Shown: positions 1 through 10,323 of the stretch, piece by piece
Numbering within the stretch: the first letter of the stretch is position 1
Layout: the number at the start of each line of letters is the position of its first letter
NCBI GenBank assembly: GCA_049242885.1
Contig: JBMLOQ010000130.1
Coordinates: forward strand, 5,821 to 69,820
Length of the DNA: 64,000 bases
Direction: 5' to 3'
Source: Chitinophagaceae bacterium
GTDB taxonomy: Bacteria > Bacteroidota > Bacteroidia > Chitinophagales > Chitinophagaceae
Program-made: the position numbers and the translations under genes
The notes under the pieces: generated by a model
Databases searched by the model: none
The model's input: the letters and a program-made list of their open reading frames with translations, nothing else
What the model was told of the DNA's origin: nothing

Positions 1-792
1 TGGTGCTGGGTTACAAAAGTCAATAGCATAAGGTACGCCATCTCTAACTGCTAATTCAACAGTATTAAAATCGTAACCTAAATATCTATTTATTCTTAAA
101 ACTATATCTTCCATTTGCTCTAAGCGTTCTTTACTTGGTTTGAAATCTGCTACATATCTTAAATGATGAGGATTACGAGGCTCGTAACTCATTATTCTAA
201 CATATTTCCCTCCAATGCAGTAGCAACGGTAATATTCCTCAAATTTAATTTCTTCTTGGAGCATCATAACCAATTGTCCAGTTTCGGCATGTTTTTCAAA
301 AAACTCATCTAAGCTATTTAATTGATAAACATTTTTCCAACCACCACCAGCAAAAGGTTTCATGTATGCAGGAAAGCCAACATAATCAAAAATTCCTTTC
401 CAATCAAGTGGATAAGCAAGATTTGCAAATGATTGATCACTAGTATCATCTGGTAAATCGTGGCTTGGAAGTATTACTGTTTTTGGAACTGGAACTCCAA
501 TTTTTGTAGCTAAACAATTATTGAAAAACTTTTCATCGGCACTCCACCAAAATGGATTATTAATTACAGTTGTGCCACATAAAGCTGCATTTTTTAGAAA
601 TGCTCTATAAAATGGAACGTCTTGACTAATTCTATCAAAAATAACGGCATAGCCACTTGCTTCTCCTTGCATTACTTTATCAATAGAAACTGGCTCGGCA
701 ATTATACCTGGAATGTTTTTACTATTTATCCTTTCTACAAAGGCTTCAGGAAAACTTCTTTCTTTTCCATGAAGTACACCAATTTTTTTCAT
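1..792 (-). CDS. ATP-grasp domain protein (RimK/GshB-like), N-terminal 264 codons; the C-terminus runs off the window edge
   Basis: Hand translation of the minus strand from the ATG at 790-792 gives an open frame to position 1. It reads MKKIGVLHGKERSFPEAFVERINS...GFPAYMKPFAGGGWKNVYQL...YYRCYCIGGKYVRIMSYEP...ELAVRDGVPYAIDFCNPAP, which looks like an ATP-grasp fold. It is absent from the ORF track only because it is truncated. The 622-810 plus-strand ORF overlapping it is spurious. Confidence 0.6.
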   Translation of the reverse strand, partial: MKKIGVLHGKERSFPEAFVERINSKNIPGIIAEPVSIDKVMQGEASGYAVIFDRISQDVPFYRAFLKNAALCGTTVINNPFWWSADEKFFNNCLATKIGVPVPKTVILPSHDLPDDTSDQSFANLAYPLDWKGIFDYVGFPAYMKPFAGGGWKNVYQLNSLDEFFEKHAETGQLVMMLQEEIKFEEYYRCYCIGGKYVRIMSYEPRNPHHLRYVADFKPSKERLEQMEDIVLRINRYLGYDFNTVELAVRDGVPYAIDFCNPAP

Positions 793-934
793 AATTCAAA
801 TGTTTTTTAGTACATAACAATATTAAGGATAAATGATATCCAATTTAATTTTTTTTAAATATATTTTTAATAAAAGTTAAAAAGTGAGATTTAGTTTGAT
901 TAAACTGTACAAAAAGGTTTGGTACTTAAACAGT

Positions 935-1666
935 TTATAAAGTATGATTAAGCAAATCTAAATCTTTAATGAAATGGTGAAATTTTGAAGATTGAACCAA
1001 ACTCTTGGTCATTTTTAAATGTCCATCATGGTGCATATCGGTTCCTAAGAAATTTACCATTTTGTTTTTTATTAGCCTTTCGGCGGTTTTAAAAACTGGT
1101 TTTCCATAATATCCTGTAAGTGATAATAAATTTACTTGCAACAAGCAGCCACGTTCTATAAACTCATGAAACACATCAAAATTATGGTGATAATAGCTAT
1201 ATCTTTCTGGATGAGCTAAAATTGGTTTATAACCTTTCATTAAAAGGTCAAAAACTACTTCAACTATATTTTGAGAAACAGCTGCAAAGCTCATTTCAAT
1301 TAAAACATAATTTTTGCCAAATGTCAGTATTGGTTTATTACTTTTTATGGCTTCGGCAAATTCTAACCCAACCATATATTCTGCACCAGCATAAATGGGC
1401 ATATCTATATTGGCTTTGACTAATGCACTTTTAACTTCTTCTAACTTACTTAAAATGCCTTCATAAGTATTATCGTGAATACCAGGTAAAATATGTGGAG
1501 TGCAAATTAATTTTTTGTATCCAAGATGTTTCATTTCTTGCACAAAAGCTAATGTTTGTTCCATGGTTTGCAAACCATCATCTATGCCTGGCAATAAATG
1601 GTTGTGCATATCGGCACCTAAGAAACTAAAATTTTTATCGCTTTTTTTATTGAAAAATGAAAACAT
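935..1666 (-). CDS. PHP-family tyrosine-protein phosphatase (CpsB/YwqE type, capsular polysaccharide biosynthesis)
   Basis: N-terminal DMHNHLLPGIDDG, then CTPH and AHPERY motifs typical of CpsB/YwqE metal-dependent phosphatases. About 243 aa with an ATG start. Confidence 0.8.
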   Translation of the reverse strand: MFSFFNKKSDKNFSFLGADMHNHLLPGIDDGLQTMEQTLAFVQEMKHLGYKKLICTPHILPGIHDNTYEGILSKLEEVKSALVKANIDMPIYAGAEYMVGLEFAEAIKSNKPILTFGKNYVLIEMSFAAVSQNIVEVVFDLLMKGYKPILAHPERYSYYHHNFDVFHEFIERGCLLQVNLLSLTGYYGKPVFKTAERLIKNKMVNFLGTDMHHDGHLKMTKSLVQSSKFHHFIKDLDLLNHTL

Positions 1667-1761
1667 GAAATAGTTGTTCTAATTTGTTAAAAAACGTATT
1701 TACTTTAATAATTAACTACTTGATAAATTAGGAACAAGCTTATTCAAATTTTGAAAAGAAA

Positions 1762-2265
1762 TTACACTACCTCTACATCAGCAGTGCTAAATTCAATGCT
1801 CATTACTGTACCAAGTGACTCTATTTGTACATAAACTTTCTTTTTACCAGTTTTGGTTACTTTGCCTCCTTTATTCATAAATACGCCATTAGAAATTCGT
1901 ACTTTATCGTTTATGTTAAAGGTTTTTGAATCTTGCAGCGTTGCAACTGCTTTATCTAACTTTAGGTATTTTTTTATTTCTTCAATTTCTTGTTCCCTAA
2001 CCACTGCAGGTTTACCCAAATAATATACATAATTAAGTACTCCTTGAGTATGCTTTACTTTGTCGGCTTGCTCCAAAAAAATATTCACAAAGATATACGA
2101 CTTAAAAATGGGCTCTTCTACAACTTTAATTCTATCGCTCCATTGCTTTGCAACTTTGTGCATGGGACACCAAGTTTCTATTTTTTCGTCTAATAAAATC
2201 TCGTTCACTTTTTTTTCAGTTCTTGGTTTTACATAAAGAACTCTCCATATTCTTTTGTTGTTCAT
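1762..2265 (-). CDS. UpxY-family (NusG-like) transcription antiterminator
   Basis: WRVLYVKPRTEKKV...PIFKSYIFV is a NusG N-terminal-like domain, and a C-terminal KOW-like segment follows (DKVRISNGVFMNKGGKV). Size and position at the head of a polysaccharide locus fit Bacteroidota UpxY. Confidence 0.8.
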   Translation of the reverse strand: MNNKRIWRVLYVKPRTEKKVNEILLDEKIETWCPMHKVAKQWSDRIKVVEEPIFKSYIFVNIFLEQADKVKHTQGVLNYVYYLGKPAVVREQEIEEIKKYLKLDKAVATLQDSKTFNINDKVRISNGVFMNKGGKVTKTGKKKVYVQIESLGTVMSIEFSTADVEVV

Positions 2266-2315
2266 ATTGTTTCTGTAGTTTACTGTATTTAAAATTTAAG
2301 CCATGAAAATGTTGG

Positions 2316-3326
2316 TTAAGCCATTAAATCTAAAGTTTGCGTTTGAGAAAATTGCTCTTTACTTTCTTTAAAGGCAACTCTTGGTTTAAGTCCAAGCATA
2401 GCAAACATGTCATTATCTTCATCAAAACTTGGGTTTGGAGTGGTAAGCAATTTATCTCCAGCAAAAATGCTGTTGGCACCAGCCATAAAGCAAAAAGCTT
2501 GTTCTGCTATTGTCATACTAGTTCTACCAGCACTAAGACGAACCATAGTTTTTGGCATTAAGATGCGTGCAGTTGCAATCATTCGAACCATATCCCAAAT
2601 ATCTACTTTGTCATTATTTTCAAGTGGGGTTCCAGCGATAGCAACTAAAGCATTTATAGGTACACTTTCTGGATGTTGAGGCATAGTGCAAAGTGTATGT
2701 AACATGCCAATTCTATCTTCATGTTTTTCGCCCAAGCCAATTATGCCACCACAGCAAACACTTACACCAGCTTTACGTACATTATCTAATGTATTTAACC
2801 TATCATCATAAGTACGAGTTGTAATAATTTCGTCGTAATGTTCTTTACTTGTATCTAGATTATGGTTATAAGCAAACAAACCCGCATCTGCCAGTTTTTT
2901 TGCTTGATCTTCAGAAAGCATTCCTAGTGTACAACAAACTTCCATGCCCATTTGGTTTACACCTTTAACCATTTCAATTACTCTATCAAAATCTCTATTA
3001 TCTCTTACTTCACGCCAAGCTGCACCCATGCAAAAACGAGTGCTGCCAGCGTCTTTAGCTTTTTGTGCATAAGCCAATACTTCATCTTGCTTCATTAATG
3101 GATGAACGTTTACGCCTGTATTATACCTTGCTGCCTGAGGGCAATAAGCACAATCTTCACTACAACCTCCAGTTTTAATGCTAAGTAATGTACAAACCTG
3201 TACTTCACCTGTATCATTATACTTTCTGTGTAAGGTAGCTGCATTATATACCAATTCTAAAAGTGGAGAATTATAAATATTTTGAATTTCATTGATGCTC
3301 CAATCGTTTCTAATTTCTGATTTCAT
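2316..3326 (-). CDS. bioB: biotin synthase
   Basis: Radical-SAM [10 protein letters not shown] motif, and the YNHNLDTS and GGIIGLGE motifs are conserved across the full length. Confidence 0.95.
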   Translation of the reverse strand: MKSEIRNDWSINEIQNIYNSPLLELVYNAATLHRKYNDTGEVQVCTLLSIKTGGCSEDCAYCPQAARYNTGVNVHPLMKQDEVLAYAQKAKDAGSTRFCMGAAWREVRDNRDFDRVIEMVKGVNQMGMEVCCTLGMLSEDQAKKLADAGLFAYNHNLDTSKEHYDEIITTRTYDDRLNTLDNVRKAGVSVCCGGIIGLGEKHEDRIGMLHTLCTMPQHPESVPINALVAIAGTPLENNDKVDIWDMVRMIATARILMPKTMVRLSAGRTSMTIAEQAFCFMAGANSIFAGDKLLTTPNPSFDEDNDMFAMLGLKPRVAFKESKEQFSQTQTLDLMA

Positions 3327-3388
3327 AAATTTATAAAAAACAAATATAAGGTTGAAGCTTTTACAGCTTTATTTTAGTTGAAAAAAAA

Positions 3389-3868
3389 CTATTTTACTAA
3401 TTGCTGTAATGCTTTTTCAACTTCTTTAGGCGTTAAGGAAAACCCATAAAATTTTCTGTAATTTTTGGTGTTATCCAACATTAGGGTTACTGGAATAGTG
3501 CCTTCCCATTTTTTATCTATTATGGGGCAAAATTCTGTGGCGTCGGTTTCGTTTAACCAAAAGTTTACAGCTTCGTAGTTGTTTTTTTTGAGAAACGTTT
3601 TTATGTCTTTCGGATAATTTTCTTCAAAATCTAATGATACCAACACAAGCTCAACCCCTTTGTCTGCATAAGCCTTAGTTTGGGCAACTAAATAAGGCAA
3701 TTCCTCAACACATGGTTTACACCAAGTAGCCCAAAAATTAATCACTAATGGCTTTTTGGACTGATTGATGTAATTTTTTAGTTCATCAATTCTAACCTTC
3801 TTTATATCTTGAGCATTTACGATTGTTGCAAAAAACAAGAATAAAACTCCTATCGAAAATTTCTTCAT
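3389..3868 (-). CDS. TlpA-like thioredoxin-fold thiol-disulfide oxidoreductase, secreted
   Basis: Signal peptide ending VNAQ. WATWCKPC active-site CxxC in a thioredoxin-fold context. Confidence 0.8.
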   Translation of the reverse strand: MKKFSIGVLFLFFATIVNAQDIKKVRIDELKNYINQSKKPLVINFWATWCKPCVEELPYLVAQTKAYADKGVELVLVSLDFEENYPKDIKTFLKKNNYEAVNFWLNETDATEFCPIIDKKWEGTIPVTLMLDNTKNYRKFYGFSLTPKEVEKALQQLVK

Positions 3869-4003
3869 AAATTAAAATATCAATTTGATTTTGGTAAAAA
3901 TAATGGAAGCTTATTGCAATTTTTATTTTACTCCTAATTATTTAGTTAAGTTTTAACTTTTTCCTTTATTTCACTACCCAAAAAAGGTTTATCCTAATTC
4001 CAC

Positions 4004-4011
4004 TACATTTG
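4004..4011 (+). promoter_or_regulatory. candidate Bacteroidota -7 promoter box (TACATTTG)
   Basis: Exact match to TAnnTTTG about 10 nt upstream of the ATG at 4021. It is followed by GCAC, as in the rpsJ and tRNA-Val promoters. Confidence 0.35.
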
Positions 4012-4020
4012 CACCCTTTT

Positions 4021-5028
4021 ATGAAAGATATAAGCAATTTTTATAGTTTATTAGAATCTCCAAAAAAGATTGTTATAACCATGCATCAAAAGCCTGATGG
4101 CGATGCAATGGGAAGCGGTTTGGCTTTGTATCATTTTTTACAATCCTTAGGTCATGAAGTTCAAGTAATTTCTCCTACCAATTACGCTGATTTTTTACGT
4201 TGGATGCCAGGCGTAAAAAAGGTATTGAACTATGAAACTGCTAAAGAAAAAAGTGAAACTATTGTAAATAGAGCTGATATAATTTTTTGCCTAGATTTTA
4301 ATACGTTAAGCAGGGTAAAAAATATGGAACCTATTTTACGCAAAGCTTATTGTATAAAGGTTTTAATTGACCATCATCAAGAACCAGATGTGGAATCATT
4401 TGATTATGGAATTAGCGATACCAATAAAAGTAGCACTTGCGAAATGGTTTATGATTTTATTATGAACTCGCCATTCGCTACTAACCTTAATCTTGATATG
4501 GCAACTTGTATTTATACAGGTACTATGACAGATACAGGTTCATTTAGGTTCCCATCTAGTACAGCATCTGTGCATAAAATGATTGTTCATTTTAAAGAAA
4601 TGGGGTTAAATCATAGCATTATTCATCAAAATATTTACGATACCAATTTAGAAAATAAACTACAATTTGTAGGTAATGCTTTGCTAAACAGAATGACAAT
4701 TATCTATGAATTAAATACAGCTTTAATGTGTATTCCTAAAGCTGACCTCATAAAATTTGATATTAAAACTGGCGACACCGAAGGTTTGGTAAACTATTTA
4801 ACCTCAATCCAAGATATAAAACTAGCAGCCATTGTAATTGATAGAGAAGGAGAAAGAAAATGGAGCTTTAGAAGTAAAAATGGATTTGATGTAAATGAGT
4901 TTGCAAGAAAACATTTTAATGGAGGAGGACATAAAGCAGCTGCTGGTGGAAGCAGTTTAGACACTTTAGAAAATACAACAGAACATTTTAAAACAATTAT
5001 AAAAGAATATGAAGCAGAACTTAATTAG
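4021..5028 (+). CDS. DHH-family phosphoesterase (NrnA-like oligoribonuclease / pAp phosphatase)
   Basis: DGDAMGS, DHH and GGGH motifs. The track start at 4009 is TTG, so I prefer the ATG at 4021 (MKDISN...). Confidence 0.85.
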   Translation: MKDISNFYSLLESPKKIVITMHQKPDGDAMGSGLALYHFLQSLGHEVQVISPTNYADFLRWMPGVKKVLNYETAKEKSETIVNRADIIFCLDFNTLSRVKNMEPILRKAYCIKVLIDHHQEPDVESFDYGISDTNKSSTCEMVYDFIMNSPFATNLNLDMATCIYTGTMTDTGSFRFPSSTASVHKMIVHFKEMGLNHSIIHQNIYDTNLENKLQFVGNALLNRMTIIYELNTALMCIPKADLIKFDIKTGDTEGLVNYLTSIQDIKLAAIVIDREGERKWSFRSKNGFDVNEFARKHFNGGGHKAAAGGSSLDTLENTTEHFKTIIKEYEAELN

Positions 5029-6016
5029 TAGAAAATTATTTGTAAGCATATTAGCAGTTGCTACCATTGCGTTTAGCAGTTGCAACCAGTTTAAAAAAAC
5101 ACCATCTGGCATGCCTTATAAAATTACAAAAGGCAAAGGAACTCAAAAAGTAAAGCATGGTAACTTTGTAAAATACAACTTAGAATACCGTTTAACTACG
5201 CCAAAAGATACCATTTTGGGTACAACTTATAATGGTGCAATGCCTGAATATAAAATGTTCGACACCAGCAAAACACCAAAGTATAGTTTCTTTGAAGTAT
5301 TTAACCAATTGGCTGTTGGTGATAAATTAGAATTTTCATTAAGTATCGATTCCTTGAAAAAAATGGAAATGATAAGAGATTATGATAGACTATTTAAAAA
5401 AGGAGCATATATAAAAGGTAAAATAGAACTTATAAAAATTTTTACCAGCGAAGCTGATGCTAATGCAGATTACCAAAAAGAAATGGTAGCCTTACAAGCA
5501 AAAGAAGACGAAAAAAATAAAGCAAAAGCTAAAGAGCAATCTAAAGCTCTAGTTGAATATGCTAAGAAAAACAATTTAAAAACTGTAACTAGCCCTTTGG
5601 GAGTTTTAGTTAGTGTTGAAAAAGAAGGAGATTTGCCTAAACTAGATACAGGCATGACAGCAAAAGTAACTTATAGAGGCACTTTAATGGATGGTAAAGA
5701 ATTTGATGCCAATACAGGAGCCAATGCTCGTAGCAAAGAGCTTTTGCCAATTATGGTAGGCAACCACAATGTTGTACCAGGCTTAGAAGATGCAATAAAA
5801 ATGTTTGGTAAAGGTGGTAAAGGAAAAATTTTAATTCCAGCAGCTTTGGCTTATGGCGATAAAGAAAACCCTGGCGTTTTTCCTGCAAATTCTAATATGA
5901 TTTTTGAAGTAGAAGTTATTGAAGTTTTAAGCACTAAAGATTTTATGGCACAAGCACAAGCAGCTCAGCAAAAAGCACAACAAGCTGCACCACAACCAAA
6001 CAATCCAAAAAAATAA
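5009..6016 (+). CDS. FKBP-type peptidyl-prolyl cis-trans isomerase, lipoprotein
   Basis: Lipobox (FSSC). C-terminal FKBP domain (VTYRGTLMDGKEFD...IPAALAYG...MIFEVEVIEV). The start overlaps the end of the preceding gene. Confidence 0.85.
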   Translation: MKQNLISRKLFVSILAVATIAFSSCNQFKKTPSGMPYKITKGKGTQKVKHGNFVKYNLEYRLTTPKDTILGTTYNGAMPEYKMFDTSKTPKYSFFEVFNQLAVGDKLEFSLSIDSLKKMEMIRDYDRLFKKGAYIKGKIELIKIFTSEADANADYQKEMVALQAKEDEKNKAKAKEQSKALVEYAKKNNLKTVTSPLGVLVSVEKEGDLPKLDTGMTAKVTYRGTLMDGKEFDANTGANARSKELLPIMVGNHNVVPGLEDAIKMFGKGGKGKILIPAALAYGDKENPGVFPANSNMIFEVEVIEVLSTKDFMAQAQAAQQKAQQAAPQPNNPKK

Positions 6017-6036
6017 ATACTAAGCAAATACTTAAT

Positions 6037-6070
6037 TAAAAAATGCCACTTTTAAAGAGTGGCATTTTTT
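6037..6070. terminator. bidirectional intrinsic terminator between convergent genes
   Basis: Hairpin ATGCCACT-loop-AGTGGCAT with an A-run on the left and a T-run on the right. It lies between the FKBP gene (+) and tilS (-). Confidence 0.6.
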
Positions 6071-6073
6071 AAT

Positions 6074-7435
6074 TTATGTAATAGATATTTTCACACAAGG
6101 CTCCTTTAAGTTTATTAGCTTAAATCTATCATCCAATCTTAACCCTACTACCCAAATAATTTTTTTATTGCTTTCTAGCACCCAAACTTGTTCTTTTTGT
6201 GAAGGAGAAAGTTTTAAATCTATAAAAAATCTACTGAGTTTTTTCTTCTTTTGCATTCCTAATGGGTAAAAATAATCTCCCGTTTTAAATGGTCTTAAAA
6301 CCATAGGAAAACAAAGAAGTTTTGCAGGTATAAAAATTTCTGATATTGCTGCTTTTTTAAAATTTGTTTCTTCAATTGAATTAAACATTTCAAAATGCAA
6401 AGTGCTATTTGCAAAAGCCACATTTTCTGCAAAACTTTCAATTAAAATAGAAGCAAATTGTTCCTCTTCATTTGGTACAATCACCAACCATGCTCTATCT
6501 CTTATAATCTTTACTTTATCTAACTTTATGTATGCTGCATTAGTAGCATCAAACAACTTTATAATTTCTGAAATTTGAGCAGATTGTAATCCAAATGGCA
6601 TTAATACTTCCCACAAAATAGTATTTACAATAGTGGATTTTTTGAGCTTGTTAATAGGCAAATGCAAAACATTGTTTTTATACGTTACAAAACCTTTTAA
6701 CTCATGTTGCAAAGCTTTATTATATAAATATGCAGCATCATGTAAACGCAAAATATTCTGTTGCATGTTTTGCTGCCAATTTGGAAACTTTTCTTCAATT
6801 GCTGGTATTACTGTTTTTCTTAAAAAATTTCTTGTGTATTTTGTACTTTCATTGCTACTATCTTCTACAAATTCAATATTTTCTTTTTGTGCAAATAACA
6901 AAATTTCTTGTTTTGTAAAATTTAATAGCGGTCGAATAATATTTCTTACATAATCTATTGGCTCAATTCCTGTTAATCCATTTAAACCAGTGCCTCTAAT
7001 TAAATGATGTAAAACAGTTTCTACATTATCATTGGCGTGATGAGCAGTAAGTATAAATACATTTTTTATTTTTTTTTCAGTAACTATTTTATTTTGCAAC
7101 TGTGCAAACCAATTGTAGCGAAGATTTCGAGCGGTAACTTGTATTGATTCCTTTGAAATTTCAGCTTCTTTTTGGGTATTAAAACTTTTTAAGTAGCAGG
7201 TTACGTTTAGTTTATTAGCTAGGTTTTCAACAAATTTTTGGTCGCGTTCACTTTCTTCCCCTCTTAAATTAAAATTACAATGTGCCATTGCAAATGGCCA
7301 TTTTAAATGATGTAGTAAATGGCAAAGTACAATACTGTCTAAACCACCACTTACAGCAACAATTCCATAAGAATTAATACTGTTAAAGGGAGCTTTATTT
7401 TTCCAATTATTGTAAAATTGTTCATACAAATTCAT
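6074..7435 (-). CDS. tilS: tRNA(Ile)-lysidine synthase
   Basis: PP-loop SGGLDS motif, full-length TilS architecture. The track start at 7519 is GTG and adds a hydrophobic junk extension, so I chose the ATG at 7435 (MNLYEQF...). Confidence 0.85.
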   Translation of the reverse strand: MNLYEQFYNNWKNKAPFNSINSYGIVAVSGGLDSIVLCHLLHHLKWPFAMAHCNFNLRGEESERDQKFVENLANKLNVTCYLKSFNTQKEAEISKESIQVTARNLRYNWFAQLQNKIVTEKKIKNVFILTAHHANDNVETVLHHLIRGTGLNGLTGIEPIDYVRNIIRPLLNFTKQEILLFAQKENIEFVEDSSNESTKYTRNFLRKTVIPAIEEKFPNWQQNMQQNILRLHDAAYLYNKALQHELKGFVTYKNNVLHLPINKLKKSTIVNTILWEVLMPFGLQSAQISEIIKLFDATNAAYIKLDKVKIIRDRAWLVIVPNEEEQFASILIESFAENVAFANSTLHFEMFNSIEETNFKKAAISEIFIPAKLLCFPMVLRPFKTGDYFYPLGMQKKKKLSRFFIDLKLSPSQKEQVWVLESNKKIIWVVGLRLDDRFKLINLKEPCVKISIT

Positions 7436-7546
7436 GCTGCAATATGGGGTTAAAATTTGTAAACTAAAATCATTTGTAAAAAATAAACCTTCAAAAAAAA
7501 TAATAATTGCAAAATACACTACCTTAGTTGCACAAAAATTAAATTT

Positions 7547-8737
7547 ATGAAAAAAACAATTCTACCCATTTTACTAGTTGCAGCAAGTTTTACATCAAAT
7601 GCACAAACTAAAACCTTTGCTTTTACTTCAGAAAATGTAGGCAGCTACGATTGGAGTGCATTAAGAGAAATTAACATTGCCGAAGGAAAGTTTGAAAAAG
7701 ACATTTACACTAAAGATTTTAAAGGAAGTTTGCTAACCTCTAGATCTTTTCCAAAAAAATCTAATCGAGTTAACTTTAATTTCAACAATCATGAAGCAAT
7801 AGCAGCTGCTGCTTATGACAAAGTGCATAACAGATTGTATTTTGCTAATATGTTTTCTCCAGATTTAAAGTATGTTGATTTAAATAATAATAAAGAAGTT
7901 TCAATAAAAATTATTACAGCCGACAATTTTAGTATAGAACCAAAAAATGGTGAAAACAACATTTTTACAAGAATGTGTTTTGACAGCAAAGGTTTTGGCT
8001 ACGCTCTTACAAATGATGGAAATAATTTGGTAAAATTTAGTACAGGGGATGATAATACTATTACCAACCTTGGTGCATTAAAAGACAGCTACAAAAACAC
8101 AACTATAAGTGTACACACACAATGTACTAGCTGGGGTGGAGATATGGTGGGTGATGTGTTTGGAAATTTATATTTAATTACCTTACGCAACAATGTTTTT
8201 AAAATTAATACCACAACTTTAGAAGCAGAGTTTATTGGAAATATTAAAAATTTACCTGCCGATTTTACTACAAATGGTACAGCTGCTGATGAAGATGGAA
8301 ATTTGTTGATATGCAGTGCAAATAATGCTAAAAATTATTACAAAGTAAATCCAGCAACTTGGCAAGCAGAACCTATTGCAGTAAAAGGTACAGCTTATAA
8401 TGTAAGCGATTTAGCTAATGGAAATTTGGTTTATCAAAGTAGAGGATTAAATAATACTACACGCATTGAAACTAAATTGGCTGCTATAAATGTATATCCT
8501 AATCCTGTGGTAAATAAAAATGTACAAATGCAATTTAGTACCCCATTAAAAGGAAATTTCAATGTAGTAATAACAACTGCTGAAGGAAAAACAATTACTG
8601 CCAATAAGTTAGAATTAACTGGCGAAAAAAACAGAAATATACAATTAAACAAAAGCATTACACCTGGTGCTTACTTACTAAGATTAGTAGATGCTAATGG
8701 AAAACAAGTATATAACAGTACTATTGTAATTCAATAA
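7547..8737 (+). CDS. secreted protein with T9SS C-terminal sorting domain; N-terminal part of unknown function
   Basis: Signal peptide (SNAQ). C-terminal roughly 80 aa of the form INVYPNPVVNKNVQMQF...GAYLLRLVDANGKQVYNSTIVIQ, typical of Por/T9SS CTDs. Confidence 0.7.
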   Translation: MKKTILPILLVAASFTSNAQTKTFAFTSENVGSYDWSALREINIAEGKFEKDIYTKDFKGSLLTSRSFPKKSNRVNFNFNNHEAIAAAAYDKVHNRLYFANMFSPDLKYVDLNNNKEVSIKIITADNFSIEPKNGENNIFTRMCFDSKGFGYALTNDGNNLVKFSTGDDNTITNLGALKDSYKNTTISVHTQCTSWGGDMVGDVFGNLYLITLRNNVFKINTTTLEAEFIGNIKNLPADFTTNGTAADEDGNLLICSANNAKNYYKVNPATWQAEPIAVKGTAYNVSDLANGNLVYQSRGLNNTTRIETKLAAINVYPNPVVNKNVQMQFSTPLKGNFNVVITTAEGKTITANKLELTGEKNRNIQLNKSITPGAYLLRLVDANGKQVYNSTIVIQ

Positions 8738-8758
8738 AAAACTTGCTTAATTTATATT

Positions 8759-8787
8759 GGCTGCTACCAAGTAGCAGCCTTTTTTTT
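8759..8787 (+). terminator. intrinsic terminator
   Basis: GGCTGCTAC-CAA-GTAGCAGCC followed by a T-run, just after the stop at 8737. Confidence 0.7.
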
Positions 8788-8806
8788 ACTTAAATTTATT
8801 TAGAAA

Positions 8807-9124
8807 ATGATAGTTGTAACAACAAACAATATTGAAGGGCATCCTGTACAACACTACTATGGTGTTGTAACAGCACAAGCTATAATTGGAGCCAATTTAT
8901 TTAAAGACATTTTTGCTGGCATTAGAGATATAGTTGGTGGAAGAAGTGGCACCTATGAACGTGTAATTGAAGAAGCTAAAAATAACGCCCTGCAAGAAAT
9001 ACAAAATAAAGCAGCAGCAATGGGGGCAAATGCTGTTATTGGCTTAGATTTAGACTTTGAAACTGTTGGGGCAAAAGGTAGCATGCTAATGGTAGTTGCT
9101 ACTGGCACTGCTGTTAAAATTTAG
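8807..9124 (+). CDS. YbjQ/UPF0145 family protein
   Basis: About 105 aa. GANLFKDIFAGIRDIVGGRSG...ANAVIGLDLDFE is characteristic of the family. Confidence 0.85.
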   Translation: MIVVTTNNIEGHPVQHYYGVVTAQAIIGANLFKDIFAGIRDIVGGRSGTYERVIEEAKNNALQEIQNKAAAMGANAVIGLDLDFETVGAKGSMLMVVATGTAVKI

Positions 9125-9495
9125 CAGCCAATACCATATAATAGTAGATTTAGATTACTGATTACTCAGTCGAAGTTTTTTAATTCAATGAAGTATGATA
9201 TTTCAATTTCAATTTCAATTGGTTGAAATATGATTTGGTTTATGAGTTTCTTAACTTTTGGAATTTCATTTTTTTGAATTAATTCATAAAAAACAGTTTG
9301 TTGGCACTAGCCAACAAACATTCACAAAACCAATATTTGGACAACAGGCTAAAAAATAGTAAAAAATAATGCTTTACTCTCTTTGTAATTAACTTGAACA
9401 ACAGTATTTTGGTGTAATCCGCCAATAACATTTTTAGCATTTTAAAATTATAATATTTTTAAACTAAAATTGCATGCTCAATTTGTACAAAAACA

Positions 9496-10278
9496 ATGTT
9501 TGATTTTCATTACGATAGAACAAGGTATTTCAATATGCAATCTCAAAATGCAAGAGATTTTGTAATACCATTTATTGAAAAATATTTGTCCATTGAAAGT
9601 GGATTAAGAGTTTTAGAAATTGGATGTGGCGAAGCAGGCGTATTGGAGCCTTTTTTGCAAAAAGGTTGCACAGTAGTTGGTGTTGAGTTTGATACACCAA
9701 GATTAGATATGGCTAACGAAAAACTAGCAAGTTTTGTACAAGCTGGCAAAGCTAGTTTTATTGGAAAAGATATTTATAAAGTGGATGCAGCTGAATTGGG
9801 AGGATTGTTTGACATCATTATTTTAAAAGATGTAATTGAACATATACATAATCAACCAAAACTTATGGCTGAAATGCAACGATTTCTTAGGCCAAAAGGT
9901 TGCATTTTTTTTGGGTTTCCGCCTTGGCAAATGCCTTTTGGTGGGCATCAACAATTGTGTAGAACTAAATGGCTAAGCAAATTGCCCTATTGGCATTTAT
10001 TGCCTTATAGTTGGTACAAGGCAATATTAACAAAATTTAATGAGCCTATGGCAGATTTATTAGAAATTAGAGACACTCAAATTTCAATAGAACAATTTGA
10101 AAAATACGCTGCTGAAACTAATTATAAAATTGTAAACAAAACTCATTATATCATAAACCCAATATACAGTTTTAAATTTGGCATAAAACCTTTGAAACAA
10201 TTACCCATATTAAGAAATATTCCTTGGGTAAGAAATTTTTTTACAACTTGTGTGTATTATTTAATTGCAAAAAAATAA
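9496..10278 (+). CDS. class I SAM-dependent methyltransferase
   Basis: Motif I VLEIGCGEAG and post-motif DIIILKDVIEH. Confidence 0.8.
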   Translation: MFDFHYDRTRYFNMQSQNARDFVIPFIEKYLSIESGLRVLEIGCGEAGVLEPFLQKGCTVVGVEFDTPRLDMANEKLASFVQAGKASFIGKDIYKVDAAELGGLFDIIILKDVIEHIHNQPKLMAEMQRFLRPKGCIFFGFPPWQMPFGGHQQLCRTKWLSKLPYWHLLPYSWYKAILTKFNEPMADLLEIRDTQISIEQFEKYAAETNYKIVNKTHYIINPIYSFKFGIKPLKQLPILRNIPWVRNFFTTCVYYLIAKK

Positions 10279-10323
10279 TAATATACAAGAAACTTAATAC
10301 TATAAAACTTAAAACATTATAAC

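Noticed and set aside
622-810. 62-aa plus-strand ORF at the left end
   Set aside because: It lies entirely within, and antisense to, the well-supported ATP-grasp CDS (1-792, minus strand). The translation has no recognisable features.
7436-7519. GTG-initiated 28-aa extension of tilS
   Set aside because: The hydrophobic, non-conserved-looking peptide (MYFAIIIFFEGLFF...) lies upstream of an ATG that gives a normal TilS N-terminus about 25 residues before the SGGLDS PP-loop.
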